DNA of 64,000 nucleotides from the human T2T-CHM13v2.0 reference genome, Homo sapiens. Within the stretch, counting starts at the first letter, position 1; each line of letters begins with the position of its first letter. The notes beneath the pieces are model-generated. The model was not told where the DNA came from and did not search any database. It saw nothing but the letters and a program-made list of their open reading frames with translations. The translations under genes were made by a program, and so were the position numbers. Location of the stretch: the NCBI RefSeq assembly GCF_009914755.1, contig NC_060934.1; one strand, written 5' to 3'. Below are positions 14,900-29,374 of this stretch, piece by piece.

Positions 14900-15575
14900 C
14901 ACTTCTTTGGCGATCAATTTGGCAATATTTAAACAGAGAAGGTGCACACTTCATGACCCCAAATTGCACTTCTAGGTATGTTATGTCCCCTGGAAAAACT
15001 CTCATGCAGGTGCACGATGAGATGCATGGAATAACATTTGCTGTAGCCTCCTTGTCATGGAGAGGTGCTGGGAATAGCTCAAGCATCCTTGGGCAGCAGA
15101 ATGGGTACCTTCATTTTGGCATTTTTATATGATGGATTTTTTTTCAGTAGTTAAAATGAGTGAATGAGAGTTTAACATATTAATATGCATAAATCACAGT
15201 AAATGTTGAATGAAAAATACAAGACATAAAATTACATTTTTAGAATTATGCCATATGTAGAGTTTAATTTACTATTCAGAGATATGTACTTTCATACACG
15301 GTAAAAACCTCAGTGCATTGGTGGAGCTAATGAAATACCAAAGCCATGACAATACATATCTTTGAGGAAGGATAAAATGAAAGAATCAGGGAGATACATA
15401 TGGGAGATTTGAATTGTAACTACACTGATTTATTTCTTTAATAAGAATGGGTGATGATGCAAAATATTGTTGTAATGATTTTAAAACATGACTGATGTTT
15501 TAAGCACCGGATTGTGTGTTTATTAGGTTGCCCTATTTTTTTTGATGACTGAAATAGTTCATAATATAGAAAGAA
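14900..15575 (+). mobile_element. Old L1 (L1ME-like) fragment
   Basis: Degenerate L1 3' motifs (aatttggcaatat, atgaccccaaattgcacttctagg, aatgttgaatgaaaaa). Confidence 0.5.
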
Positions 15576-16708
15576 TTTCCTGCAGGCTAAGCATTAGGGC
15601 ACTCGGCACAGTAAGATGAATGCCTGCAAGCAAGATACAGGAAGCAAGGAAGGAAAAAAGGCTTCACAGAAGTAGGACGTCCTCGTAACTGGTACCACCA
15701 GCCGCAACGCAAAGCCAAGTCTGAACATGAATCTTGCCTTTGATACGGGCAGACTTTATACGATAACCTTTCTCTTGAGCAAAATTTACTCCAAAAATAA
15801 CTCACTTTCCTGAATTTTTCTCTTTGTAGATGTGACATTCGTATGAACTAGCATTTCAAAGTAGGGTGTGTGGAACTTGGGGCAAGTGCAAACCATGGCA
15901 GACTCGGAGAGACATCCTTATTAGGAGGTGCTTGGTTGCAAACCTTTTGATTTCATTACTAATTTAAAGCTACTTTGGCTGGCTACATTATCGGAAGGAA
16001 AAAAGAAAGAAAAAGCACAGGTGGCTCTGAGCACCTGCTTGCCTTTTGACGGGTGGGAATCTGGGCTTGACTGTGTCGCCGTCCACAGCAGGTTGCTACA
16101 GCGGGTTCAGCAATGGCACCTGGTCCATCGTTCCCCGCTCAGGATTTTTCCCCGAGCTGTTTGGAAATCGCTGGATGCTCCATTTTTCAAATTCGCTTCA
16201 CGTGTAGATGAATTTGGCAAAAGTCAGAGAAACAGCGAGTAGCCAAACAAACGGGAATAATTTAAGCTGCAGATCATAAGCTCCCGGTGGGCAAGGACGA
16301 AACCTTCATCTGTTCTCCAAAATGTTCCATGCAGCTCAGTGGGCATTCTCTGATGCTGATTACCACGGCTCGATTGACACGTTTAGCTCCTGTGGGGACA
16401 GCGTCGCTCATGATGAAGAGAATCAATCAAACTTACTTTCCTCAAGTTTGCTGGTCCTATCTAGAATGCTTAGACACGTGTCCAAAACAGCACTCTCATT
16501 GCAATAACAATTGTATTGTTATTATTGATTATTAGAAATCTGTTATCCGAAGCAATGGAGGCCATACCTTTGTGACGAGGTGACTACACATGGAGGTCCA
16601 AAACGATGTTACAAAGCCTTATTTGTTCATTTTTAAAATAAGTATTTTATTTAATGAGGTATGTAGCAAACACCTCTGCTCCTCTCCCATCACACCTCCT
16701 CAGCTTAC

Positions 16709-17013
16709 TTTTTTTTTTTTTTTTTTTTTGGGATGGAGTCTCACTCTGTTGCCGAGGCTGGAGTGCAGTGGTACAATCTCAGCTCACTGCAGCCTCCACC
16801 TCCTGGTTCAAGTGATTCTCCTACCTCAGTCTCCTGAGTAGCTGGGATTACAGGCGACTGCCACCACGCCTGGCTAATTTTTTTTTATTTTTAATAGAGA
16901 CGGGGTTTTGCCATGTTGGCCAGGCTTGTCTCGAACTCCTGACCTCAGGTGATCCACCTGCTTCGGCCTCCCAAAGTGCTGGGATTACAGGCGTGAGCCA
17001 CCGCGCCCGGCCA
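16709..17013 (-). mobile_element. AluS full-length
   Basis: Poly(T) then antisense Alu ending gagccaccgcgcccggcc. Confidence 0.95.
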
Positions 17014-17197
17014 CATGTGATTTTAATTAAGGCATGTGAGTAGCACACAGCTCCACATGCATTCAGCTGCAGGAATCTTACCCCACCTCTAACATGTGCT
17101 ACAGCTTTCCTTTCTGCTCCAGCCTCTGCTCCAATGTTACTGGAGCACATTAGCCCCACACTAGTACAGACAGGAAGTCCGAGGGAATCTAATTCTT

Positions 17198-17639
17198 TGA
17201 TGGTTAATTTTAATGTACCCACTTGACTGGGCTACAGGATGCCCAGATACCTGGCAAAATGTTATTTCTGGGTGTGTCTGGTGTTTCCAGAAAAGACTAG
17301 TATTTAGATCAGTTCACTGAGTAAAGAAGACCCCCTCACTTATGTGGGTGGACGTCATCTAGTCCATTGAGGACCCAAATAGAACAAAAAGGTGGCAGAA
17401 GAGAGAGTTCTCCCTCTGTGTGCTTGAGCTGGGCCCTCCCTCTTCGGTTCTTGGAGGTCAGTGCTCTTGGTTCTCCGGCCTTTGGGCTTGGACTGGAACT
17501 GCACCACCGACTTTCATGGTTCTGTAACTCACAGACAGCAGATTGTGGGACTTCTTGGCCAGGATAACGGCATGAGCCAATTCCCAGAAATCTCTATCTC
17601 TAGCCTATTGGTTCTGTTTCTCTGGAGAACCCTAATACA
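17198..17639 (+). mobile_element. ERVL solo LTR (MLT2C/D-like)
   Basis: tgatggttaattttaatg...cttgactgggctacaggatgcccaga...gttctgtttctctggagaaccctaataca. Confidence 0.8.
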
Positions 17640-18008
17640 ACTTTCTAGGTGAATCCTTAATCAATGGAGAAAAAAAGACAGCAGACAAATGTTCCAGCCT
17701 CCCAACCTTCAGATAAACAACTCTGGGGGGTTAAGGCGGGGGCTTCTGTACTTAATTATGTTTATTTCTTTAACTTAATTAGTTGCAGTTGATTCTGACA
17801 CTGTGGCTTGATGTTCTCTATCTGCTTTGGAAAATTTTCAGAAAATTGTGTCTTTCTTTTGCTCTCCTTCTCCTCTGGGATTCAAGCAATACCCTTTGTC
17901 CCTTTATGCCTCATTCTGAGTAGTATTTTTTCTTGACCTACCTTTCAGCTCATGAATTCTCTTTCCATACGGATCTAAGCTGCTGTTACACTTACCCAGT
18001 GAGTTCTT

Positions 18009-18301
18009 TTTTTTTTTTTTTTAGATGGAGTCTCGCTCTGTCACCAGGCTGGAGTGCAGTGGCGCAATCTTGGCTCACTGCAACATCTGACTCCCTGGTT
18101 CAAGCTATTCTCCTGCCTCAGCCTCCCAAGTAGCTGGGACTACAGGCATGCACCACCACGCCCAGCTAATTTTTTGTATTTTTAATAGAGATGGGGTTTC
18201 ACCATGTTGGCCAGGATGGTCTTGATCTCTTGACCTCATGATCCACCCACCTCAGCCTCCCAAAGTGCTGGGATTACAGGCATGAGCCACCATGCCTGGC
18301 C
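18009..18301 (-). mobile_element. AluS (Sc-like) inserted in old L1 sequence
   Basis: TSD gtgagttctt at 17999-18008 and 18302-18311. Confidence 0.95.
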
Positions 18302-19020
18302 GTGAGTTCTTAATTTTGGTTATTGTATCTTGTTCTAGAATTTCCATTTGGTTCTTTCTTTATAGTTTCCAGTTCCTTAACGCTTTAAAAAAAGTTTATT
18401 AAGTATGTAAATCATATCTGATAACACCATCTAAATCCCTCTCTGTTTCCATTGTCCATTGTTTTACATTTTTTTCTTCTATGTGCTCTATTGTTTTTGA
18501 TTGAGTGCTAGACATTGTATATGAAAAAACTTTACGTCTAATTAAATGCATAAGATGTTATTACCTTTCTTCAAAGAGAATGCACATTGCTTTCGGCAGT
18601 GGCCAGGAGCAGTAGAATTCCTGCAACAACGTAGTCCATTTATGGAACTCATAGGATTTTAAACTGAACTTGGGCTCCTGTGAATGCTGACGTCTTTCTG
18701 GCTTATCTTTATTTCCAGGGTTTAGTCTTTTAGGGTTCTTCCTGTTGGCAGACCTAGACTCTGATATTTGCTCTCCTTCCCTAATAAGGTTGCCAAAAGC
18801 TTCACTCAGCTTGTAAGCTTCTCAGTCCCCCTTTTGAGAATCAGAGGAACTCCTTGGAGGAAAATGTACTCAAATGTCAGGTTTATAAGTATGGATTTTA
18901 CATTCTTCTGGATTGTATCTTCATTGCCTTGTTATTCTCCAGTGATTTCAAACACATTAAATATATTTTATTCTCTGTATTCAGTTGTCTGGGTGAGAGA
19001 CTTGGCAAACATCACCTAAT

Positions 19021-19406
19021 TGTATGAGTTTGCTAAGGCTGCCATAACAAAAACCCATCAGTTAGGCAGCTTAAACAACAGACATTTATTTGATCACAGC
19101 TCTGGAGGCTGGAAGTCCAAGATGAAGGTGTTGACAGTTTTGACTTCTTCTGAGGCCCCTCTCCGTGGCCTGTACAGGTCACCTTCTCACTGTTCTCACA
19201 GCACCATCTTTTTGCATGTGCTCTGGTGTCTCTGAATGTCCACATTTGACACTAGTCAAACTGGATTAGGGCCCACACCATCAGCCTTATTTTAACTTAA
19301 TTACCTCTTTAAAGACCCTATCTCTAAATACACTCACATTTGGAGATAGTGGGGGTTACATCTTCAACATATAAATGTTGAGAAGACACAATTTAGCCTA
19401 CAATAC
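19021..19406 (-). mobile_element. MaLR solo LTR (MLT1-like)
   Basis: tgtatgagtttgctaaggctgccataacaaa...ctggaggctggaagtccaagat...ggattagggccca. Confidence 0.8.
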
Positions 19407-22400
19407 TAGCCTACCATTAATGGGGAGAAGTCCCTTACTTGAAATGCAAAGGAGGTATTGTGTCACCCTCATTGATTTAATTCCATTTTCACAAAACGAC
19501 TTCTGTGTGTGTGTTTGTGTGTGTGTGTATAGTGCAAGAAGAGAAAAGTATTGCAATTCCTGTGACTATAACTTCTCAGGGTTTCTGTACTCATAAACAT
19601 TCCTTCTATGTAAGCACATTTTAGTCAAATTTTTGGCAAGATTGACAAATTTACATAGAGAAAATGAATTCCATCAAGGCAATTTAATTCATTTCTAAAC
19701 TTTGTGTACCATTTTAGAAAACATGTTTTTATGAAATTATTCTATTTGATTTTTTCCATTTAAATATTTGTCAAAAGTTGAATTCATTGATTCACTTTTT
19801 GCCCATATCGAGTTTTACTGATTAGAGCTTCTGCATCATGGATGCTCTGTGCAACCATAATTTTTGAAGAGGCAGCCCTATTTTCCTTCAGGTAACCTGG
19901 GAAGCTTTAAAATTGTTTTGAAATTTGATTCTTCTGCTTGTTTTTAGCCAACAGCAAACTTTACCATGTTCAATTTTTATTATTGTCAGTTTTCTTTTTA
20001 TTTCCTTCAACGATTTAATAGAAGCCTTTGAATAACTAAAGGGAAGACAGAGAGTTTTTATTAACTTCTTAAATAATCCAGGAAAAGTATTGAACAATTT
20101 TATGAGACAGAGTACTGAGAAAGAAAGAAAAATACAGAGAAAATGAGAAAAGAGATGGAGGAAGACTGGGGAAGAGAGAGAAAAGGGAGTGAGGTGACAA
20201 TATTGAGTCTAAACTGTTAGGTAAAAAGCCGTCCTTCAACTGAAACCAGTTCCAAATAACCTTTCTGTATGTCATGAACATATGCATTTAAATAGCTTTG
20301 TGGTCGTAAGTAAAGAGACCCTCCACCAATCTTAACTAACTTTGAGATCCTGCTAATCTCTCTGTAGTAGCAGCAGTTTCAGATGACATGCTATGATGGT
20401 TTTTTTTTTTTTACTGGAAAAATCAGATATACTTCATTCTTACTTTTTCAATCTTGAATTAGCTACACTGAAATGTGTAGAAATGGGGGTATCTCCATGT
20501 TTCCCAAGATCCCCCCCTCTCTGGATGCAAATTCACCGGCTCCTAGACTCACACTTTCGCCTACAGACTTGAGTCCCTTCAAAGGATGCTACAGGCATGT
20601 CTGGATTGCGTAGCATGGGCCCAAACCCAGTTCTGCCAGCCTTCTGGACAGTTGCTTTTTGTCATCTGTTGCTTCTCTGCTGTGTTTAGCTGGCTCTATT
20701 CTTCACAGGACTCCTCCTTCCCACCAGGCATATCTCCCTCGCTTGGGACATCCATTTGCCAACAGGTCTGTGGACAACTGGGTATTTGCAAGTCCACAGC
20801 CACCAGGAGACCAGGGATGCCCCAAATTCCATGATGAAGAGGGGGCTCCAACTTCCCTGTGTTTGTAAGTTATACATGGTTAGTAAGTATCAAAGCAGCA
20901 AGATAGCTAACATTTATTGGGTTTAACATATGCCTATTTTATACATATTGTCACATTTAATGCTCATTTGAAAAACCAGTTGACATCCACTGGGCCCCTC
21001 CTCACTGACAACTGAATGCTTGGTTCCTGGCACAGCTGCTTCTCTGGAGACAAGTGCCCCTGAAGACTGCAATCCTTCTTGCATCTGGGCTTCTGGGCAC
21101 CTGCCCACCAACGTGCTAGTGCATTTCCCAGCTAGGGTCACAGCTTCAACTGAAGCTCTGATGCCCACTCCAGTGAAAGCTGTGAGACTGAAGAAAAGCT
21201 AACAGCTCACTTCATATTAAACCCTTCACTTTGGAACACAGAACGCTCAAGGATGGGAGGTTCTCTGTTATAGACACAAAAGGTGCCCCAGGGTTGCTCA
21301 CATGAGTGCTGAACAGCGTCCCTAAGTCAGAGATGCCCATCCAGGAACAGTGGGGATGCCCTGGTGCTATTTGATTCCATGGCACCTCTTTTCTTTTTTC
21401 CTGAGAGTTTTGTCTATTTTTAAAATTAAAATTAAAATGATTTGTGTCAAGATTGCTGTAACTTTTGTGTCCCCTGCGAGATTTCAGATACTATGATCCA
21501 TTGCAAAACTCAGGAGATTAAGATCTGATTCAAAGTGTGAATGACAAAAAAGAAAATTTGAGATGTCAAAAATAATCCTTATGGCTTATTTAGATGTAAT
21601 TAAATTGCTAAACCAATATATTTCAAGCTTTACACTGGTTGCCAAACCCTATCATGATGAATGTTGGCATCCTTGGTGAATTTTTCTTTTCACAGCATTT
21701 TTTTTTTTTTAATTTAAGGAAAAGAAAATCACTGCAGAATATAGCACAGTTACATTATGGCTGATTGGAAGGAACTAAAAGGCTATGTGGAGACTTTGGG
21801 GTCTACACCGCTCTGCACCTGTGCTTTGAGGATAGGTTTGATTTTCAATGGTCAATGTTAATGGCCCCTTTATCACATTTTACCTGAAGAATAAATAAAA
21901 AAAAATTAGATTTGATTTGACTAGTTCAGAACACACAAGGCGTGATAGAGTTTGATGTCTGTGAGGGCTCTTTCTCTAATCCCTCAAGCGATTTGGGATA
22001 TGACCAGGGACCTCCAAATCTTCTATATTTTGTGGGGGAGGTAGAATAACTATCTCAAGAAACTTGGTTCTTTAGAAGTTCCCCGTTTTAGAAGCCCTTC
22101 TCATCACTTACATTCTCTTTATCTATCCCCCAGCATCTTCGTGTGTGTGTCTGTTACACATGACACTTTCTGTGTCTATCCATTACTGCATTAAGTACAC
22201 TGTTGCTATATTATCCACTGTCATGCTTCTGTCTCCCAGCACATTGTCTTTGTGAGCAGGGGCTGTTTTTATTAATTTTATGATTCTAGTATCTAACCAG
22301 AGATTGACACGTAGCATGCAGTCAGTCTGTGTTGAATATGTGATTCAAAAAATGCCTGCTGAACAAGTATATGAATCTATCTTTTTCTAAGGAAAAATAT

Positions 22401-22449
22401 TTGAATTTACTCACAAAAGATATCCTGTTCTTAATACTTGGACCTCTTC

Positions 22450-24050
22450 CACAATGTATGTGCATTCCTTCAGCAAATGTTTATCAAACACTTACTAAGC
22501 ACCAGACAAAATGCTAGAAGCTGGCACCAAGGTGATGGAGAGGTCTTTGGTGCTGACTCTGGCAAGAGCAGTTTGCATCTTGTGGTCAAGACAATAGCCA
22601 CGACACACAAATTGTCTGCATGGACATGTGAGCACACGGTGAGTAAATGGAGACAGTGAGTTTGCAAGATGCTCGGAACGCATTTAGATAAGAGCAGAAG
22701 AAGGGAGCTTGGGTAGTGGCTATAGAAAGCATGAAGTCAGAAGGGGTTTTTATTTATTGTGAAGTGGGAGAAATTAGAACTTATTTAAACTGTGTTGGAA
22801 ATGAGGAAACAGTGCACATACTATTTCTATGTTTCCTATGCAACAGGAAACTTGATAAAATGCAGAGATTTAGGGTAGAGTGAGGCATGGATTTAAAGAT
22901 GTGTGGGTAATGTTGATCTTTCTTTTTTTTTTCTGAGACAGGATCTCACTCTGTTGCCCAGGCTGGAGTGCAGTGGAACAATCATAGCTCACTGCAAACT
23001 CTGCCTCTTGGGTTCAGGTGATCCTTCCACTCAGCCTCCTGAGTAGTTGGGACCACAGATACACCCACCACATCCAACTATTTTTTTTTTTTTTTGTATT
23101 TTTTTGTAGAGATGGGGTTTTGCCATGTTGCCTGGGCTGGTCCTGAACTCCTGGACTCATGCAATACACTCACCTTGGTCTCCCAAAGTGCTGGGATTAC
23201 AGGCATGAGCCACTGCAACGGGCCCAATATCAATGTCTTAAAATTATTTCTGTGATAAACAGGATAACAGACTAGAATGATTATGAGTACAAAGTCTGGC
23301 TGACAGAGGGCAGGACAGAAGGTCAAAGACTGTCCATACAATGACTGACTTTTTCCTCAGGGAAGTAGAACCTCCGATAAGAATAGGAGTGAAGAGAGCT
23401 GAAGCTGGAGACCACTGAATAAATACATTGAAAAGACCAACAAATACACTGAAAAGACAATAGGCCAAGGGAATTTAAAATATTAGCAAGAGTGTCTTAA
23501 TTGAAAAGCCACATAATCCTGCTTAGATTGGGAAAGTGAGCTCAGATAAAGGGGACTAAAAGAAAGGGATGGGGTGGAAAATGGACTGGCACCTCTGGGA
23601 AAAATGAATAGCTGTGTGGTCATCACAAAGCTGGAAGGACAGGTAAGTGTGACCAGAGCATGGCATTTCAGCAAATGTGAATTTTGATCTGGTGTTTGAC
23701 TATGAGAATCAGTGGATGAAGTCATGTTCAAGAGCAAGTAAATGTAAATGGAGTGAAGAGAACAAGGAACTGAGGTCAAGCTGTTGGAGGAGTTATCAGC
23801 ATGGAAACTGAGCTCATTCAACCTTGTGACTGGACTTGTAGTAGCGAATGTGTCTATGAAAGAGAAGTCCAGGCCAACCACTCGTGAAAAGGAGGGACTG
23901 AGCAGTAGGGATGCAGTGGCGAGAAGGAGGTGGATTGAGCCATACACCATGTTGCCAGAGGAGCAGAGTGTTCCCAGGAGGGCAGAGAAGCCACGTCTAA
24001 ATGTGACACTACCGAATAAAGTTGACAACTCCATGTTTTCTTCCTAAAGT
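22450..24050 (-). mobile_element. L2 fragments (interrupted by an Alu)
   Basis: cattccttcagcaaatgtttatcaaacacttactaagcaccagac (antisense L2 3' end), followed by degenerate purine-rich L2 body. Confidence 0.5.
22920..23225 (-). mobile_element. AluJ
   Basis: Antisense dimeric Alu with atcatagctcactgca (J-type). Confidence 0.9.
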
Positions 24051-24140
24051 AGGTAGGTGGGTGCAGTAGACTGAACTGTGTCTCCCTAATTCATACACTG
24101 AAAACTTAACCCCCAATGGGATGGTATTTGGAGATGGGTC

Positions 24141-24798
24141 TGCAGGAGGATGGGCTCCTGGTTGGCCTTTGCTAATCCAGCTCTCCCCCACCCTGCTTGT
24201 AGTTCTCAGGATAACTGTGGAATGAGCATCTGAGATGAGAAGGAACTGTCTGAAACAGCCTGGGCTCTTTTCTTTCTCCTAGAACAGGGTGTCCTGCGTT
24301 GCTTTGGCTCAGTGAGCCCAATTCCCCAGGGTATAAAACCCAGGACAAGAAGATGGATATCTGCTGCCAGGTCCCCCAGCTGCCGTCCAAGTGGGGCACA
24401 TGCAAGTGTTACTGCATCCACCCTGGGGGGCTCCCCTGAGGCTTGGGGGCACAGCTAGCCATGGATTGTAGGCTGCTATTATTCTTGCTGCCTGTGTGTG
24501 AGTGATAAATGTGCTTTGCCTGATGAGCTGCATGAATATTCTGTCCTACCCGACTCATACTCTGGGCAATGGGTTTATGTACAGCCGTCTCCCAGATCTG
24601 GTGAGGCATTTAGAGTCTTGCCAGAACTGAGGCTCTGACTGTAAACATCATCTGAAAAGGTGTTTAGAGACCTGCTAGATCTAGAAGCCTTAGCAGAAAC
24701 TAGAAAGGTGTTTTGAGTCCTCCCCTGGGATTTATACCTGGTGGACAGTGAGTCCCTCCTAGGACTTGATACCAGTGCATAGTGTATTTCTGCTTCCA
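24141..24798 (+). mobile_element. Solo LTR (LTR47-like, ERVL)
   Basis: TG...CA ends; 5-bp TSD gggtc/ggatc; internal tataaaacccagg; cttgtagttctcaggataactgtggaatg. Confidence 0.7.
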
Positions 24799-24887
24799 GG
24801 ATCCTTTGGGAGATAGCTAGGTTTACGTGAGGCCATGAGGCTGGGCTTCCATGATGGAATTAGTGCCCTTAAAAGAAGAGACACCAG

Positions 24888-25291
<404 letters not shown>

Positions 25292-26719
25292 TCACTCAGT
25301 TTATGCCTGTTGCTTAGCCACTCAGGCTATTTTCTATGATGGTTCGATCTGGCTGATACAATGCATGAGCTTTGTATTGCAGCATCTCCAAGACAATTAT
25401 TTGTGGAATCTTAATTGATAGCTCAGTTGTTTCATAATGCTACAGGGCCTCTGAGAAGGAGTAGGGAACCCTGGATTCTTAGGTTATGTTCATGTTGAGT
25501 GCGCCGTGCCCACCAGTTACCTGTCAAGTTACATACTCACTGGTTGCACTAACTCTGTTCTATAAATAGCAAGGCAGAAAGAGGGAGGGAAGAAGAGCAA
25601 TTAGGAGAGGAAAGGGAAAAAATAATTATCGCGGAGTCAGAATAACTAGCTCCAGTCTCAGGTGCACTGTGATGCACCCTTCCCAGCTGTTATGAAAAAT
25701 AATACTCACCACCCACCTACATTGCAGGTCGTTGTGAAAGTGTATTAGAAATAATGACTTTGCTCTTCTCTGATAAAGGGGTTGTGTTTGCACAAAAACG
25801 ATATTAGCTTAATCATGGTAAAATTGGTTTTTGCTTTCGACAAGGCCAGAATTGTTAAAGGTAGAAAAGTCTGTGTGGAATAAATTATGCAATTAAGTTC
25901 CTCTTAACATGACTGAAAAGAACCCAATTTATACCTCCAGAATGGAATAGGCAGACTCTGGAAATAAATCCCTGAGCCACAAGATGCTGTTCTATTTTTG
26001 CAAGATGCACAGATAGCTGGAGCTCTGTGGGGCTGCCTGTGAGACACTCATTTGAAGGCTCTCTTCTCACTGTCTGAAGAGGGGGCAGAGAAAAAGCACC
26101 AAGCCTTTCAAAATGACTGCTCTCTCCTTTCCCTAGGGCTTTTCCCCTGGAACACCACTTGTGCTGATTTTTGGGGAAAACTTAAAGCAGCTTAACTGGC
26201 ATGTCCCGCAGCTGCTCAGGTAAAGCCCTAGGCAGACATGAAGCCAACCATCATTAGCAGTCGGGATCTGAAGAAGGCCTTCTGCAAAAATATCCCTTTC
26301 CATCTGCCATGATCTGGGGATGCTTTGAATGAGAACTTCCCTCCAGCAGGTGGCTGGTAAATTGCTCATCTTTACCTGAGAAGACAGCAGTTTGGCTTAC
26401 GAGTCTTTCTGAATTTCTCTCGCTCCATTGTCCCTGAGGAGCTTTAGGAAGGAACTCCATTCCATAGAGAACACTGAGTTTTTGCCTTCAAGGAGTGTGC
26501 AGTATATCTGAGGAAATCACGTACACATGATTGCAAGTACCCCTCATTTATATTTTGATTGTCTTTAGGTCAAGGACCATGTCATAAAACTCTGGGACCC
26601 TGCAGAGCCCGCAGCTTGGCCTGGCAGGGAGCATGTCCTGCAACGCTCTTGGTTATTCGGTCCCCAACACCTTCTATCTTATCTTCCACTGTTTCACTCC
26701 AGCCTTAGAGCTGTGCTGG

Positions 26720-27080
26720 AGCGGATTCTTCCGCTGGAAACGTCCTTTCCCCAGATGCTTTAGGATTCACTCTCTCTGCTCCTTCAGGCTTTTGTTTAAA
26801 GGTCACCTTGTCTAACGTTTAAAGTTACAACTTGTGCTCCAGCACCAGCTTCATCCCTCCCATCTCATTTCCGTGTTACTTAACACTTTAGACCATACGA
26901 CATAATTTACTTTTTATATCTATCATTTATTGACTATCTGCCCCATCAGAATGCAAGCTCCATAAGACAGGAGACTTTCCCTCTTCTGTTTATTGGTGTA
27001 TCTCACCCATCTAGAACAGTGCCCAGCACAATGCAGGCCCCAATAAACATCTGTCGAGTACATGGATGAGCAAATGAATG
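26720..27080 (+). mobile_element. L2 3' end
   Basis: agaatgcaagctccataag...ctagaacagtgcccagcaca...caataaacatctgtcgag. Confidence 0.75.
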
Positions 27081-29374
27081 CGTCTATATCTATACTGATA
27101 AGGAAACTATTTTAACAGATTTTAATTTTCACAGCAACTCTGCGGGATGGTTTCTATGAGCTCGGTTTTTCAGATCAGGAAACAGAGTCTGAGGTCAGTG
27201 CTTGCCCCCAAACAAGCTGATATAAACGGTAGGGCTTAGAGTTAAACTTTTATCTTTGTATTTTCAAAAAGTGAGTTTGAAACCAGGTTATTAGGACATT
27301 TTCGTTTTTTGAATGTGTCTAATTTATTGAGTTTAAATATGAAAAAAAGAAGCAAGTTTTGGTAGCTAATAAAAATCCATGGCCTACAGTGAGTTTTTAA
27401 TTCTATTGCTGCTAGAATTCTGATGCTTCCATTTCAGATTCAAAGCATTTTTATATATTTTCTAGACCAGAGGCTCCCTCCCTCACTTGGTGAAGTCAAC
27501 CTGCTCTTCAGAATATTATCTGTTCTCTCCAACAAACAAAAGAAATATGAAGGCCCATTTTCAAAAATTAAGCCAAAAGAAATATTCACACTGTATTTAG
27601 GGAATCCATAAATAATTCACTAGTTTTAGTCTTTTTTAAAATAATTCTGCCTTTATGGAAATTAAGTAATTACCAAATGTCAAATAGATCTTTGCATAGT
27701 TTACGGTAGATTCATTTTTACTAATTGCTGCATCTTCTGAAAGGCTCCTACCAAACGCATTTTCTACTAAATTACCTAAAAGTAAAGTTTGTTTGGACAA
27801 TATCTACATTTTGTATTTTTCAAAGAAACAATTTACACCTAAGCTTAACTCTTGTAAATTGTTAAAAATCGCCTAGGTTGTTTGTTTTACAATGGCCTAG
27901 AGCCTCTGGAAAATACTCTTGAAAACACGGATGACCTTTTCAGCAGCACGGAGGGACAGCACCAGGTGCAAACCCAAAGTCTGCTCACTTAAAGCCAGCG
28001 CGCTTCGCTGAAGGCGAGTCTCAATTATCTTCCTCCGAATTGCTCAGGTCGGCAAACTAAAGAGGGCTGCAAAGCTTGGGAATTGGTTGGTCCAAGCATA
28101 ACAATAGAGATTCAGAAAACTCTGAGAAGGGCGGTTCTGAAGCATAACATACTGAGAAGCAATTAAAGTAGAACGAAATGTTGGCGTCTCAACAAGGAGA
28201 TGCAAAAATAAGTGAACAAATGTCCTGCTGGGGAGATGGGAAGGTGTGGTTCCATGGCACTTAGCTATGTGTTTGTCATGGAGCCCCTTCCTTCTGCAAG
28301 CTCTGATTTGGTATTCCAACATGTGAAGCAGAGACACGGTGAAGAATTGTTTCATTTCTCCTTCCCTCCCTTCCTCTCTCCCTGGCTTCATCTCCCTCTC
28401 CTTCCCTTCCTTTCTTCTTTGCATTTTTTCTTTGTTTTGTCTGTCTTTGCTTTTTCTTTCCTTCCCCTTTTTTCCTTCTAGAATAAGGTATTTTATATAC
28501 TCAGTCTTCAAAAATTACCTTGTTATTCGCCATCCACTGATAACAGGGCTTATGGAAGATGAACATAGGGTTATATCAGCCTCCAGATTCTGCCTGCAGT
28601 GTATTCTGTTTGCACTATATCAAGAAAGTTCTGCTTCACATAGGTAAGTAGTTACTTACATACGCAATCATATGGTGGGTCCCCTCAGCTTAAGTCAGCA
28701 CACATCACACACATCCATGTACCCCCCAAGAAGAGCTGCAAACATCCCAAATCAATGTTCTGTCTCAAGAGTTCAGAGTGGAGATAGAGGTAGAAAGAAA
28801 ACACCTGTAGTTCAAACAAAAATAAATTAATATGGTGATATGAGAGCAGAAATGCACTTGGCATTCCCCAATGTGTGAGCACAGGACATAATACACCCCA
28901 GCTTGCCACTCAAGTGTGGCTGTGTGTTAGTTTACCATTAAGAAGTTAAAATATCTTGTAAATATACAAATAAGTGATTGAAGAAATAAATAAATGAGGA
29001 GAGTAGACAAGCCTTCCTTCCAAATAACAATTCCAATTTCTTCCAAATAAGAATTCCAAATAACAAATGTGGAAGGAATGAAGGAAATGGGAAAATCACC
29101 TTCAGACCTGCATAGTAATGATGTCATGGGCCAGAAACCCTGAAGAATAATAAATTCATGGCAAAGCTTTAAGGAGGAGCTGGGTACTTACATAGCCCCA
29201 AGCAACTCCTCCAAATACTTAAACAGTACTGGGATGGTTTCCACAGGGCCCCACACTCCTGGTACGCCTTCCATCAGAGAGTGGAGCTCAGTCTCCCCAT
29301 ACTGAGACCTGAGTGTGAGCTGAACTGGGTGACTCTGTGGACAGCGACTTCCCAGAATGAAGAAAGGAGAATGG

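Noticed and set aside
23483-24034. 183-aa Ser/Leu-rich ORF
   Set aside because: Lies in decayed L2-like sequence; low complexity; no recognisable homology
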